64,000 nucleotides of DNA from a virus, in the IMG/VR virus record IMGVR_UViG_3300027809_000002. One strand, written 5' to 3'. The notes under the pieces are model-generated. The model saw nothing but the letters and a program-made list of their open reading frames with translations, searched no databases and had not been told where the DNA came from. Position 1 is the stretch's first letter; the number at the start of each line of letters is the position of its first letter. Made by a program: the position numbers and the translations under genes. Positions 33,527-43,318 of this stretch are shown one piece after another.

Positions 33527-35272
33527 ATGGGAAATATAGTTGCTTCAGGTCAAATTACGTTAGTTGATTTAAATGATGCAAAGGTATTGCAATTGTACGT
33601 AAATTCTAATCAACCTAAGATTCAGATTTACAACCCTAATGGTACTGGTAGTTATGTACCGGATTGGAGTCAGGCTGCAACGAATGTTGTATTAACACCT
33701 CAAATGTTTATCGCTGGTTCTAATCAAGATATCATCACTGATCCAAGCGTAAAGATTAAATGGTATGATGCTGCTGCTCCTACAGTTGAATTAGTAACTA
33801 ATGCTAATTATGAAATTCCAACTACTGGACTTAAAACATTAAAGATTAAAACTAACTTATTATCGAACAAAAACCAAATCAGTTTCATTTGTAAAGTTAC
33901 TTGGTTTGATCCTGATGTTCAAGCTGAAATTGAAGCAATTGCTACAATCGATTTCGCTAAAGTTACGGCTGGTACGAACGGTTCTAATGGTCAGAATGCT
34001 ATTACAGCTGTTTTAACAAATGACACTCATACTGTACCGACTGATAGCGCTGGTAATGGCGGTGTATTCACTACAGCAACAACTACAATGATGGTTTACA
34101 ATGGAGCTACTGATGATAGCGCGAACTGGACATATACAGCTGTTGCATCAAGTGGAATTACAGGAGCGTTCGATGGTACAACTAAAAATATGTACAAAGT
34201 GTCAGCAATGTCTGTTGATTCAGGAACAGTAGATATTACAGCTAAGAAAAGTGGACAACCTGATATTGTAAAACGTTTTACTATTATCAAAAACAAACAA
34301 GGTACAACTGGTTCTTCAGCAACTTCTTATTGGCTAGTTAATTCTGCTCCTGCAATTCAAAAAGATAAGACAGGAAAATATGTACCAGCAACGTTAACTG
34401 TTGATATGAGATCACAAGTAGGTTCTGCTGCTCCTGCATTCTATGGTGGCCGATTGATGATTTATGAATCAACTGATGGCACTACATGGGGAACTGCTAA
34501 ATATACATCTTCTGCAAATGAAACAGTCCCTAAAGTTTGGACTCCTACAACTGGCATTAAAGCTATTAAAGTTGAAATGTATTTAGCTGGCGGTACATCT
34601 AACAAACTTGATGAACAAACAATACCTGTAGTTTCTGATGGTACTGATGGAACAAACGGAACTAACGGTCAAAACGCAATTGTAGCTTATGTTTGGACAC
34701 CTGACGGAAATGTTGTTCGTAACAATGAAGGAAGCGTAAAAGCTCAATGCGATATTTATAATGGCGTAAACCAAGTGACTACAGGGTTAACTTATCAGTG
34801 GTACAGATACAAAGCCGGACAGACAGATCAAGGAGCTGGTGTTGGTTGGGAAAAATTAACCGCAACAATTAACTATGGTTGTACTGGTTATACATCTGCA
34901 ACATTAACAATCCCTGCTGGCGCTGTAGATAGCATGACTAGTTTCATTTGTTTAACGGTTTATAGTGGTAAAACATATAAAGATGTTGCTACTATAATTG
35001 ACCAATCAGACCCTATCCAGTTAGTTATCTTTTCTCCTGAAGGAACTGTCTTTAAAAACGGTCAAGGTGAAAAAAATCCTACAGCTAAGTTATATCAAGG
35101 TGGAAATGAAATAGATGTTAATGGTACAATATATGATTATAAGTGGTCTTTAAGGGATGGGAGTGCAGTTGTCGATCCTAATTTTACCGCTTTAGGAAAA
35201 ACAATTAAAGTTACAGCCTTACAAATTAATAATATAGGAAACTTAGTTTGTGATGTATGGACAAAAAGTTAA
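33527..35272 (+). CDS. tail fibre protein with Ig-like repeats
   Basis: The N-terminal IVASGQITLVDLNDA is shared with the next gene (IIASGTITLTDLSDA). T/G/S-rich beta-type repeats. The start could be 33518. Confidence 0.55.
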   Translation: MGNIVASGQITLVDLNDAKVLQLYVNSNQPKIQIYNPNGTGSYVPDWSQAATNVVLTPQMFIAGSNQDIITDPSVKIKWYDAAAPTVELVTNANYEIPTTGLKTLKIKTNLLSNKNQISFICKVTWFDPDVQAEIEAIATIDFAKVTAGTNGSNGQNAITAVLTNDTHTVPTDSAGNGGVFTTATTTMMVYNGATDDSANWTYTAVASSGITGAFDGTTKNMYKVSAMSVDSGTVDITAKKSGQPDIVKRFTIIKNKQGTTGSSATSYWLVNSAPAIQKDKTGKYVPATLTVDMRSQVGSAAPAFYGGRLMIYESTDGTTWGTAKYTSSANETVPKVWTPTTGIKAIKVEMYLAGGTSNKLDEQTIPVVSDGTDGTNGTNGQNAIVAYVWTPDGNVVRNNEGSVKAQCDIYNGVNQVTTGLTYQWYRYKAGQTDQGAGVGWEKLTATINYGCTGYTSATLTIPAGAVDSMTSFICLTVYSGKTYKDVATIIDQSDPIQLVIFSPEGTVFKNGQGEKNPTAKLYQGGNEIDVNGTIYDYKWSLRDGSAVVDPNFTALGKTIKVTALQINNIGNLVCDVWTKS

Positions 35273-35299
35273 GTAATAAAATCGAGAGGAATGTTGGGA

Positions 35300-38200
35300 A
35301 TGGTAAAACAAATCATTGCAAGTGGCACTATAACACTTACAGATTTATCGGATGCTATTATTGGTGGTGTTAAACCGACTAATCCAAAACCTAATCAGTT
35401 ATGGATTGATGACAGTAAAACACCTAACCAATTATGGAAATGGAATGGTACAAGTTGGATTGAGCAAACATTAGATTTAGGGAAATTAGACCCTGATGCT
35501 GATGGAAAGATAGAAAATCATGAAACTACTATTGGGAATATGGTTGACGATGCTAAAATTGATATTACGGAACGACAAGAAGTTAAAAATAAATTAACTC
35601 CAATTATTGGTCAATCTGTTGCTGACAATTTATCTTCACTACCTACAGCTGCCCAATTGTGGACTAATGGTGTTGGTGAAGTTTTCACAATTCGTAAAGC
35701 TGCACAAAATGTAGGTATTAAAACAAATGAAGCTGTTTATGTAGCTGTAGAAACTGCATACAATTCATTGCAAACTTATTTAAATGGAATGACTCCTAAA
35801 CCTTGGGATGCTTCAGCTGCTAATAAAGATAAACCTATCACTGTAGTACCTACTGATTGGAGAACTAAATGGTTAGACTATTTCAAAGCTGTACAAACGT
35901 TAACTGTAGCTGTTCAAACTAAGTTACAAGGTAATATAGATGGAATTAATTTCATAGGAAGAAATCTCGTTTTGGATTCTGATTTCTACTTAACTTCAGT
36001 TGGAAATAAAGCAGTTTCGTTTGTTAATGATTTAAAAGATTTAAGAGGTAAAACTATAAGTGTAAGTGTTGATATTGAAGTTGTAAAAGCTGTAGCTCCA
36101 CCTTCAGGCGCTTTTAGAATTGGTTTTGAACCTTCTGTTAAATATGTAGATGGGACTACGCAATATTTTGGAGCTTGGAAACAATTAACTGCTGGCGAAA
36201 GTTTCAAAGGAAGAATCACAAATAGCATGACATTAAAAGATGTTGAAATTGAGTCGGTTGTTCAAAATAGTGTTTACGTTCAAACTGGCGGCGATGTTGT
36301 AAAAGCAGGAAGGCCAAAACTTGAATTAGGAAGTAAGGCAACTGAATGGACACCAGCGATTGAAGATATCGATAAAGCTATTAAAGATGCTGATAAAAAA
36401 GCTCAAGATGTTACTAATTCGGTAAATGATATGTCTCTTGATTCGAAATTAACACCAGTTGAGAAGATTCAACTAAAGACTGATTATGATTCAATTACTG
36501 CTGAATTCAGTACAACACTAGCTTCAGCTGACGCATTTAATTTGACTTCATCATCGGAAAGGGCTGCATACAATACAGCTTATAACGCATTAAAGACTTT
36601 CGTTGATCCATTGTTAGTTAAAATGAACGAAACTTCAGGTGTAGATAGAGCTGTATTTAGACAACGTTTCAAAGATTACTATGATACTAAAGCTAAATTG
36701 TTGAAGAAGGTTTCCGATACGTCTAAAGGATTAATAGATGATGTTGCTAGTCAAGGCGCTAATATTCTTGTGAATAGTTCGTTTTTACGTGATGAAACAA
36801 ATTTAATAAGTAAGTCTTGGGGATTAGCCGCGAATGTAACAATAGAAAATTCTAATGATTTTGGCGGACTTAAAGTCATCAAATCAGCTCAAAGTGGATT
36901 ATCGGCAAACGCTTGGAGAGGTGCTAATTCAAAACTTTTCCCTGTTACAACAAATAAAGATATGACAGTTAGTATATACGCTTATTCTCCTGATATTGCT
37001 GCTTTAGATTATGGAATGTCAGTTGAGGTAAGAGGTTATGATATCTCTAAAAATCGTATAATGGCACAAACTTTCGCCGTTGAAACAAAACCAACAAAGA
37101 GTCTTGAATGGCAACGATTTAATTTCACTTTTAAATTTACTGATCCTAAAGTTATTTATTTCGAATATGTCTTCTACGTTAGAAGAAATGGGATTGGAAT
37201 ATTCGCTAAACCGATGATTCAATATGGTGGCACTTTAAGTGAATGGAGTCCTAATCCTAATGATTTAATCATTGAAGAATTAGACAAAAAAGCTGAAGAA
37301 AGCAAAAATGCTATCGCTGATATGTCTAGTGATAATAAATTAACTCCTTTAGAAAAAGTTCAATTAAAGAAAGAATGGGGTACAATAGCTGCTGAGAAGC
37401 CGCAATTTGAAGCTTTAGGTAAAAGTTACTATGGAGCTTCAGGTGAACTTAATGCGTACATTAATGCTTATAACGTATTGAATAATACATTAAACGGAAC
37501 TACTGGTTATCTGAAAAATATGGCTTCTACAGATACGATTAACGGTGCTACATTCCGCGCTCAATTTGACACGTACTATGCAAAACAAGCTGAATTAATC
37601 AAGAAAGTAAATAACATTATTCAAGGTAATATTGACGGAATACAAAGTACAAGAAATATTCTTTTGAATTCTAAAAGAGCAATTTCCGTAAATGATTATT
37701 TATTAAATGATTATACACTTACTGAAGATTTTATTGCTGGACAGAATTATACGTTCGTTGTGAAAGGTTCTGTTCCTTCCGGTCAAAGATTTGGTATTTG
37801 GCAAAACGGCGGTTCTACTAATGTAGGATATGCTGAAGTTGAATTTATTGAAGGTAGTGGTATTTATTACGTTACATTCAAAGCGGTAGCTACTACAACT
37901 AATAATCAACGTTCTTTACGATTGTATAATGTCCCACAAAACACAACTAGTGCTACAGTTGAATGGGTAGCATTATACAAAGGAACTAAACCTTTCGATT
38001 GGTCAGCTGCTCCTGAAGATGCTGATACAGGTAAAACAAACTTGATTGTCGATTCTGAATTTAAGTATTTAGCTAATTGGATTTTTAACAAAGATAGAAC
38101 TACAATTAAAACCGGAATAATGCCCAATGGAATTAGAAACATCGAAACAATAGTAACTTCTTCTTATACTGATTTCGCTCAATATATAGAAGTAGAACCT

Positions 38201-39793
38201 AATACAGAATATACGTTTTCTTGTAATAGTGGTGGTTCTTTCCAAATATATTTATGGGAAAAGAAAGCTGATAAAACAGCAACTAATGTTTACAAAGATA
38301 ATGTAAAGACGTTTTCTAATCCGTGGGATATGTCATCGCCGAGATCAACAACAACATATACAATCAAAACTCAACCTGATGCTAAATATATTCATTTTAT
38401 ATTCAGGGTTAATTATACTGGCGCTACCCAAACAGGAGGACGTATTGCACTTCCTCAATTAGAAAAAGGTACTACAGCAAGTGAATGGAAACCTAATCCA
38501 TTCGATACTACTAACGGTGAAATATTCCTTCAAGGTTCAGCTACAGATATAACAGACAGAAACAGAAAACTAACAGTTAACGGAAATGTCATTTATGACA
38601 GTATTGACGGTAGAGGTTTAAGACTCGTTACATTAAAGAAAGATACTTTAGCTGTAGTTGATGATATCACTTATGATGTATACGGTTCTGATGTACCTAG
38701 AAATGATTTAGCTACAAAAATTAATTCTTTAGGTAATGACGTATTCATAACTTTAAGTTCTTGTGATGCAATCAATTTCAATACAAACTTATTGACTGCT
38801 CTTGTTTCAATTGGAGCTTCAGGAACTATCCTACAGGGGCGTTTGCCTTATGCGTTTATCGGTATGAAAGGTTTAGGTCGCTACAATGGACTAGAACAAT
38901 GGACAGGTCTTGGTAATGTATTCCCTCCTGCTACTATAAGTTGTAAAGTTGTTAACGGAATGATACAAGGAGTCAATAACAACAATGGTCAATCTGATGC
39001 TAACGTTCGTAAGGATTTACGTTTGAATGCTCCCTTACCAACAAGTATCCTCATGGACGCGAACGGTATAACAGCAAGTGGTACTGATGCTAGTAAGTAT
39101 GCTCGTTTAGATTATCGTGGCCTTTACATCGCTGGTGGAGCTATTCAAATTGATGGTGGTCTTTCGGAAGCTCAACTCGCTTCAGGTGTTACGAGAAAAA
39201 TGTCGTATCTAGATAGTAATGGTTTATACACTGGACAGGTAAACATTGGTGGTTCAGGTCAAAATGGTATTTTATCCATTAAGAATGCTTCCAACAGTGA
39301 AGTTGTCCGTGGCGATACAAACGGTTTGACAGTAAATAATGGAGCGATCACTATCTATCGACCTGATGGTGTTCCATTCATTCAAAACGGAATGCAAAAA
39401 TGGAATTTCGGTGTTATGTCTCATGAACCATACTTTAGAGGTGGTAACATCGGAATGAATCAATGGTGGTGGGAAACAAAAGCCGGAACTAACCGAACGG
39501 ATCAATCTTGTCAATTCTATTCTTTTCAAAAGTCAGGAAGGTATCTGAATTTAGAGTTAGGTTTTTATGTTGAAAACGCTGGTGCTGAATGCGCTGTCGT
39601 TATTTACGATAGAGGTGGATCGAGAATCCTTATTCAAAGACCATTCACACATAATAATGCATCGTTTGCAGAAACCATGAGATTAGATTTAGGAACTCCA
39701 AATTACGAAGTTGATGCTATTTACCTATGCTTATACTCTTGGTCAGCTTCTTTAGCTAGACTTCGTTGCATTCGTATTTGGGTAGATGGTTGA
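35300..39793 (+). CDS. large multi-module tail fibre / receptor-binding protein
   Basis: Four beta-sandwich-like modules, each ending in a G(S/T)xA(T/S)EW.P.P.D-type motif. Two DMS.D.KLTP.EK..LK coiled-coil modules. The start could be 35291. Confidence 0.6.
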   Translation: MVKQIIASGTITLTDLSDAIIGGVKPTNPKPNQLWIDDSKTPNQLWKWNGTSWIEQTLDLGKLDPDADGKIENHETTIGNMVDDAKIDITERQEVKNKLTPIIGQSVADNLSSLPTAAQLWTNGVGEVFTIRKAAQNVGIKTNEAVYVAVETAYNSLQTYLNGMTPKPWDASAANKDKPITVVPTDWRTKWLDYFKAVQTLTVAVQTKLQGNIDGINFIGRNLVLDSDFYLTSVGNKAVSFVNDLKDLRGKTISVSVDIEVVKAVAPPSGAFRIGFEPSVKYVDGTTQYFGAWKQLTAGESFKGRITNSMTLKDVEIESVVQNSVYVQTGGDVVKAGRPKLELGSKATEWTPAIEDIDKAIKDADKKAQDVTNSVNDMSLDSKLTPVEKIQLKTDYDSITAEFSTTLASADAFNLTSSSERAAYNTAYNALKTFVDPLLVKMNETSGVDRAVFRQRFKDYYDTKAKLLKKVSDTSKGLIDDVASQGANILVNSSFLRDETNLISKSWGLAANVTIENSNDFGGLKVIKSAQSGLSANAWRGANSKLFPVTTNKDMTVSIYAYSPDIAALDYGMSVEVRGYDISKNRIMAQTFAVETKPTKSLEWQRFNFTFKFTDPKVIYFEYVFYVRRNGIGIFAKPMIQYGGTLSEWSPNPNDLIIEELDKKAEESKNAIADMSSDNKLTPLEKVQLKKEWGTIAAEKPQFEALGKSYYGASGELNAYINAYNVLNNTLNGTTGYLKNMASTDTINGATFRAQFDTYYAKQAELIKKVNNIIQGNIDGIQSTRNILLNSKRAISVNDYLLNDYTLTEDFIAGQNYTFVVKGSVPSGQRFGIWQNGGSTNVGYAEVEFIEGSGIYYVTFKAVATTTNNQRSLRLYNVPQNTTSATVEWVALYKGTKPFDWSAAPEDADTGKTNLIVDSEFKYLANWIFNKDRTTIKTGIMPNGIRNIETIVTSSYTDFAQYIEVEPNTEYTFSCNSGGSFQIYLWEKKADKTATNVYKDNVKTFSNPWDMSSPRSTTTYTIKTQPDAKYIHFIFRVNYTGATQTGGRIALPQLEKGTTASEWKPNPFDTTNGEIFLQGSATDITDRNRKLTVNGNVIYDSIDGRGLRLVTLKKDTLAVVDDITYDVYGSDVPRNDLATKINSLGNDVFITLSSCDAINFNTNLLTALVSIGASGTILQGRLPYAFIGMKGLGRYNGLEQWTGLGNVFPPATISCKVVNGMIQGVNNNNGQSDANVRKDLRLNAPLPTSILMDANGITASGTDASKYARLDYRGLYIAGGAIQIDGGLSEAQLASGVTRKMSYLDSNGLYTGQVNIGGSGQNGILSIKNASNSEVVRGDTNGLTVNNGAITIYRPDGVPFIQNGMQKWNFGVMSHEPYFRGGNIGMNQWWWETKAGTNRTDQSCQFYSFQKSGRYLNLELGFYVENAGAECAVVIYDRGGSRILIQRPFTHNNASFAETMRLDLGTPNYEVDAIYLCLYSWSASLARLRCIRIWVDG

Positions 39794-39820
39794 TTAATAA
39801 CAATGAAAGGGGGTGATTAG

Positions 39821-40183
39821 GTGAGCGATGTTACAAATGTTTTTGTAAGAGTTGATGAAAATGGCAATATAACTAATTCTATTTCAGGGCCTAATATTTG
39901 TTTATCAGTAGAGAATTCTACTGAGTACGATTTAATTATTAACAAAGTACCTGCTCAACAAGCTTTTGAAATTAGAAAGTACAAAGTTGCTATGGAGGGA
40001 TTCAGACCTAAATTAGTATTAAAAGATGGTGAAACACCACCTGTAATCCCTGAACCGGAATTAACTTTAGCGCAAAAAGTTGAGAAGTTACAAGAAGAAT
40101 TAAAGGCGCAACAAGAAATGAATTTAGATTTTCAAAATGCTACTTATGGAACACTGGACTATCTTTTTAGCAAACAAAATTAA
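39821..40183 (+). CDS. hypothetical protein
   Basis: GTG start after AAAGGGGGTGA. Confidence 0.45.
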   Translation: MSDVTNVFVRVDENGNITNSISGPNICLSVENSTEYDLIINKVPAQQAFEIRKYKVAMEGFRPKLVLKDGETPPVIPEPELTLAQKVEKLQEELKAQQEMNLDFQNATYGTLDYLFSKQN

Positions 40184-40203
40184 TTAGAAAGAAGGTAATA
40201 TTA

Positions 40204-40461
40204 ATGGCTGAATTAAATTATCCACAATACGTTTTCGATGACAATATTTGGATGCCTAATCAACAAGCTTTTATTTGTCGCATGGTTGGTTATGGTGTTC
40301 CTTTATCAACTTATCCTGTTCGTTATCACGCTATCGTTAATAATGGTGATTGCCCTACTTTTATGGCTGAGTACGAAGCGTATAAAGCTTCTCAACAAAA
40401 ACAAGTTTTAGAACAAGAAGCTAAACAAATCCAAGATGCTTCTGCAATTCCTCAAGGATAA
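40204..40461 (+). CDS. hypothetical protein (XkdX-like position)
   Basis: GAAGGTAA RBS. A small gene between the fibre and lysis genes. Confidence 0.4.
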   Translation: MAELNYPQYVFDDNIWMPNQQAFICRMVGYGVPLSTYPVRYHAIVNNGDCPTFMAEYEAYKASQQKQVLEQEAKQIQDASAIPQG

Positions 40462-40466
40462 TCATT

Positions 40467-40898
40467 ATGATATCTTTACTAGACTTTGTAAAAGTTGCTA
40501 GTGAGATTGCACAATCCCCCTTCGTATTCGCTATTTTGCTAATCATCGTTGGGGGATTAGCTTTTTGGTATCTTTACAGAAAAGTCAATAAAAAAGAAGA
40601 CGAACAGCAAGTGGCCAATGAAGAAGCGCGTAAAACTTATGAGAAACACCAAAAAACTTTACTAAAGATTATGGATGACAATAATCGAAAAAGTGAAGCA
40701 AGGGAGAATTTGCTAATGGATCATAATAAAGACTTAGTAACAGAAATAAACAAATTTAATAACTCCCTTGAAGATATTACAGGGACAGTGAAGGAAGTTA
40801 GTACAAGCGTGTCGAATATACAAAAGCAACAGGAAATGATGCAACTAAAGAATGATAAAGAGTTTGAAAGATTGTGGGATAAAATTAATAAAGATTAA
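40467..40898 (+). CDS. N-terminally membrane-anchored coiled-coil protein (BhlA/XhlA-like topology)
   Basis: One TM segment (FVFAILLIIVGGLAFWYLY), then a charged coiled coil. Adjacent to the endolysin gene. Confidence 0.4.
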   Translation: MISLLDFVKVASEIAQSPFVFAILLIIVGGLAFWYLYRKVNKKEDEQQVANEEARKTYEKHQKTLLKIMDDNNRKSEARENLLMDHNKDLVTEINKFNNSLEDITGTVKEVSTSVSNIQKQQEMMQLKNDKEFERLWDKINKD

Positions 40899-40917
40899 AA
40901 GAAAGGGTTGATGAAAA

Positions 40918-41691
40918 ATGGCTAAAGTATCAAGTCATGGAGGACATAATGCAAAAGTTCAAGGTGCTAATTGGGGCGACAGAAAAGAACACGTTATGGA
41001 TCGTCAATGTAACGCTGATTTTATTAGCAAGTTACGCGGATTAGGTCATGATGTTAAAGATGATACTGATGATTTAGGAACAACTCAAAATATGATTGTT
41101 AATAACCAAGTACGAAACATTAACTCTCGTTACAATGATGTAGGTTTCTCTTGGCATTTAAATGCTCATGATACAACTGGTCACGGCGTAGAAGTGTTAT
41201 GTTATTCAGAAAAAGAATTACCGATGGCTAATAAGATTTCTGCTGAGATTGCAAAACGTACAGGCTGGCGTAACCGTGGCGGTAAAATCCGTAATGACCT
41301 TGGAGTTATTCGTTCTACTGCTTGTCCGGTATTCTTAATCGAAGCTGGTTTCATTGATAATGATAGCGATATGGCAAAATGGAATGTAGATAAAATTACT
41401 TCTGCTGTTATCTTCGCTTACTTTGGACAAGAAACAAGTGGAGGTTCTAATAATAATACAGGAGGTGCTGCTAAAATGTGGGTTATGAAAACTGGTGGTC
41501 TTGGTTGTCCTTTAGCTCAAGAAATGATGGACAAGTTAGCTGAGTTCAATGTTACTGGTAAATTAGTGTATCAAGGTCAAGGAATCTTCTATCTTGAAAC
41601 AAACCCTGTAGCTGATCGTAACCAATTAGGACCTATTCATTGGTATTGCAAAGATTACAAAGGTTGGTTCGTTGAATTATTAGAAGTATAA
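40918..41691 (+). CDS. endolysin, N-acetylmuramoyl-L-alanine amidase (Amidase_3 type) with a C-terminal binding domain
   Basis: SHGGHN ... WHLNAH ... GVEV ... FLIEAGFIDNDSD pattern. Confidence 0.8.
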   Translation: MAKVSSHGGHNAKVQGANWGDRKEHVMDRQCNADFISKLRGLGHDVKDDTDDLGTTQNMIVNNQVRNINSRYNDVGFSWHLNAHDTTGHGVEVLCYSEKELPMANKISAEIAKRTGWRNRGGKIRNDLGVIRSTACPVFLIEAGFIDNDSDMAKWNVDKITSAVIFAYFGQETSGGSNNNTGGAAKMWVMKTGGLGCPLAQEMMDKLAEFNVTGKLVYQGQGIFYLETNPVADRNQLGPIHWYCKDYKGWFVELLEV

Positions 41692-41710
41692 TAAAAAGGA
41701 GTTGTTAAGA

Positions 41711-41938
41711 ATGGATAAAGCTAGTGTTATTCGTGTTATTGTCTTAGTTGCTACGATGGTGAACGCTGCTCTTACTTTAGCTGGTTTACCTCCAATTCCA
41801 ATTGGTGAAGCTGAAGCTACTGTCATTTCCGTTATTTTAATGGGTGCTGTTGCTTCTTGGACAACTTGGAAAAATAACTATTTAGGTAAAAAAGGTAAAG
41901 CTCAAAAAGAAGTTCTAAAAGATAAAGACTTACACTAA
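41711..41938 (+). CDS. holin (SPP1/phi-LC3-type)
   Basis: AAAAGGAG RBS. Two TM segments, then TWKNNYLGKKGK and a charged tail. Confidence 0.7.
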   Translation: MDKASVIRVIVLVATMVNAALTLAGLPPIPIGEAEATVISVILMGAVASWTTWKNNYLGKKGKAQKEVLKDKDLH

Positions 41939-41953
41939 ATAATGAATTATAAG

Positions 41954-41991
41954 TAACCTCTTGGACATAATACGTTCAGGGGGTTATTTTT
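41954..41991 (+). terminator. intrinsic terminator of the late operon
   Basis: 13-bp stem TAACCTCTTGGAC/GTTCAGGGGGTTA, loop ATAATAC, T5 run. Confidence 0.8.
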
Positions 41992-42066
41992 ATGGGATTA
42001 AACATTGTAGCTATAATAGTTGCTGTATTCTTAATTCTTATGTATGGTTGGTTATGGTTTGGATAA
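41992..42066 (+). CDS. possible 24-aa hydrophobic peptide MGLNIVAIIVAVFLILMYGWLWFG
   Basis: The ATG abuts the terminator T-run. Its GGGGG RBS lies within the 3' arm of the terminator stem. Confidence 0.25.
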   Translation: MGLNIVAIIVAVFLILMYGWLWFG

Positions 42067-42093
42067 ATAAAAAAGAGGGGTTAATTCCCCTCT
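42066..42093 (-). terminator. intrinsic terminator of the leftward operon
   Basis: Stem AGAGGGG/CCCCTCT, loop TTAATT. On the minus strand it is followed by TTTTTTATTTAT. Confidence 0.8.
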
Positions 42094-42134
42094 ACAAAAT
42101 AACGCTTTTGTTCGGTTTCACTAACCTATGATTC

Positions 42135-42209
42135 TTAACAAGCTACGCCATAATTACTGTTTTCATTGTATTTTTCTTCCCATTCTTTTTGCTTTTCCTT
42201 TAACTTCAT
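42135..42209 (-). CDS. possible 24-aa peptide MKLKEKQKEWEEKYNENSNYGVAC
   Basis: GGTGGGG RBS. This would be the last ORF before the terminator. Confidence 0.3.
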   Translation of the reverse strand: MKLKEKQKEWEEKYNENSNYGVAC

Positions 42210-42244
42210 TTCCCCACCTACTTTCTTACAAAATTCAAATTTTA

Positions 42245-42460
42245 TTAATTTTCACCTTCATGTTTTTGAATTAAATTTAAAACTTCTTCAGCGTATGGTT
42301 CGTCAGTATTGACTACATAATAATGAGGATCAGGGTTTCTTCCTTCTTCTTTCCTCATAATCCCAATCTTTCTAACAATACCATCTAGAACTAATAACTC
42401 ACTTTCGGTAGATACCTTTAGCACATCCTCTATTTTCAATACACCAAATTTATTTTTCAT
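42245..42460 (-). CDS. hypothetical protein
   Basis: Start codon immediately follows the upstream stop. Confidence 0.5.
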   Translation of the reverse strand: MKNKFGVLKIEDVLKVSTESELLVLDGIVRKIGIMRKEEGRNPDPHYYVVNTDEPYAEEVLNLIQKHEGEN

Positions 42461-42461
42461 C

Positions 42462-42749
42462 TTAACACCCCTCCTGTTTTAATTTTTCGATTGTCTCCAT
42501 GAACACTCTTTGTATTTTCAAAAAATGAACATCATCATCGAATGAACCGCACCAATCTGTAGTTATAATAACCATACCTACCATCTTAGTAAATTTAAAT
42601 TTATTCTCTTCAGGATTAACTTCTAACGCGAATGATTGACCTGTATAATCCCATTGTTTAATTGCGTTGAACCAAGTTCTCGCTCCATTAGTCATATTGA
42701 TATCGAAATCAAAAAATCTAGCTCTTTCTTGCGCTTCTTTCCATTCCAT
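42462..42749 (-). CDS. hypothetical protein
   Basis: ATAATG overlap with the RuvC-like gene. Confidence 0.5.
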   Translation of the reverse strand: MEWKEAQERARFFDFDINMTNGARTWFNAIKQWDYTGQSFALEVNPEENKFKFTKMVGMVIITTDWCGSFDDDVHFLKIQRVFMETIEKLKQEGC

Positions 42750-43318
42750 TATTTATCTCTCCTTCTGTTCTTTAGATATCCATTTCTAATTAACCAGTCA
42801 ATACCAATACCTACAGCATCCGATTGATCGTCCGTTTGGAACACGAATGGTGGAGTTTTAAATTCAGTCTTTGCCTGTAACTCTTTTTCATACTTCTTGC
42901 ATTCAGCTTCAACTTTTTCTTTACTAGCTTCTCCATGACCAGTAAAGCGTAATTTAAATTGTTTGTTATGAACATCTTCAATTTCAAGGTTACAGAATAC
43001 TTTTTCAGCGATACCATGTACTTTAGCTAAGATTGGTGATTCGAAACTTACATTAACACCAGCCATTGCATCTTTTGTTTTAGTTACAAGTTCTTCTTTA
43101 ATTACAACGTGTGGGTAATACATATTTCTTAAACGGAATAATTCGGCTTCTATATTAGCTAACTTCATTCCAATTTGCTTGGTTGAAAAATGATGATTAG
43201 GTATATGTCCGAAGTTAAGTATTTTAGGTTTATCTTTAACTATGAATACAGCCCAACCGCTTGAATTAAGTGATGGATCAAAGACGATTAAGTAAAATGG
43301 TTTTTGTTCTTCAGACAT
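42749..43318 (-). CDS. ruvC: RuvC-like Holliday junction resolvase
   Basis: IVFDPSLNSSGWAV (catalytic D), KEE, and DQSDAVGIG motifs. Confidence 0.7.
   Translation of the reverse strand: MSEEQKPFYLIVFDPSLNSSGWAVFIVKDKPKILNFGHIPNHHFSTKQIGMKLANIEAELFRLRNMYYPHVVIKEELVTKTKDAMAGVNVSFESPILAKVHGIAEKVFCNLEIEDVHNKQFKLRFTGHGEASKEKVEAECKKYEKELQAKTEFKTPPFVFQTDDQSDAVGIGIDWLIRNGYLKNRRRDK

Noticed and set aside
13847-39529. The many 60-120 aa antisense or alternative-frame ORFs nested in large genes, for example 13847..14107(-), 15907..16149, 16225..16410(-), 16735..16977(-), 17720..17917(-), 20411..20716(-), 24037..25736(-), 27941..28219(+), 28989..29663(-), 30130..30330(+), 30429..30620(-), 33098..33457(-), 34096..34774(-), 35986..39529(-)
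   Set aside because: All lie fully inside longer ORFs that are supported by synteny and RBS. They lack Shine-Dalgarno sequences and have low-complexity or S/L/F-rich translations, typical of antisense reading of AT-rich coding DNA.
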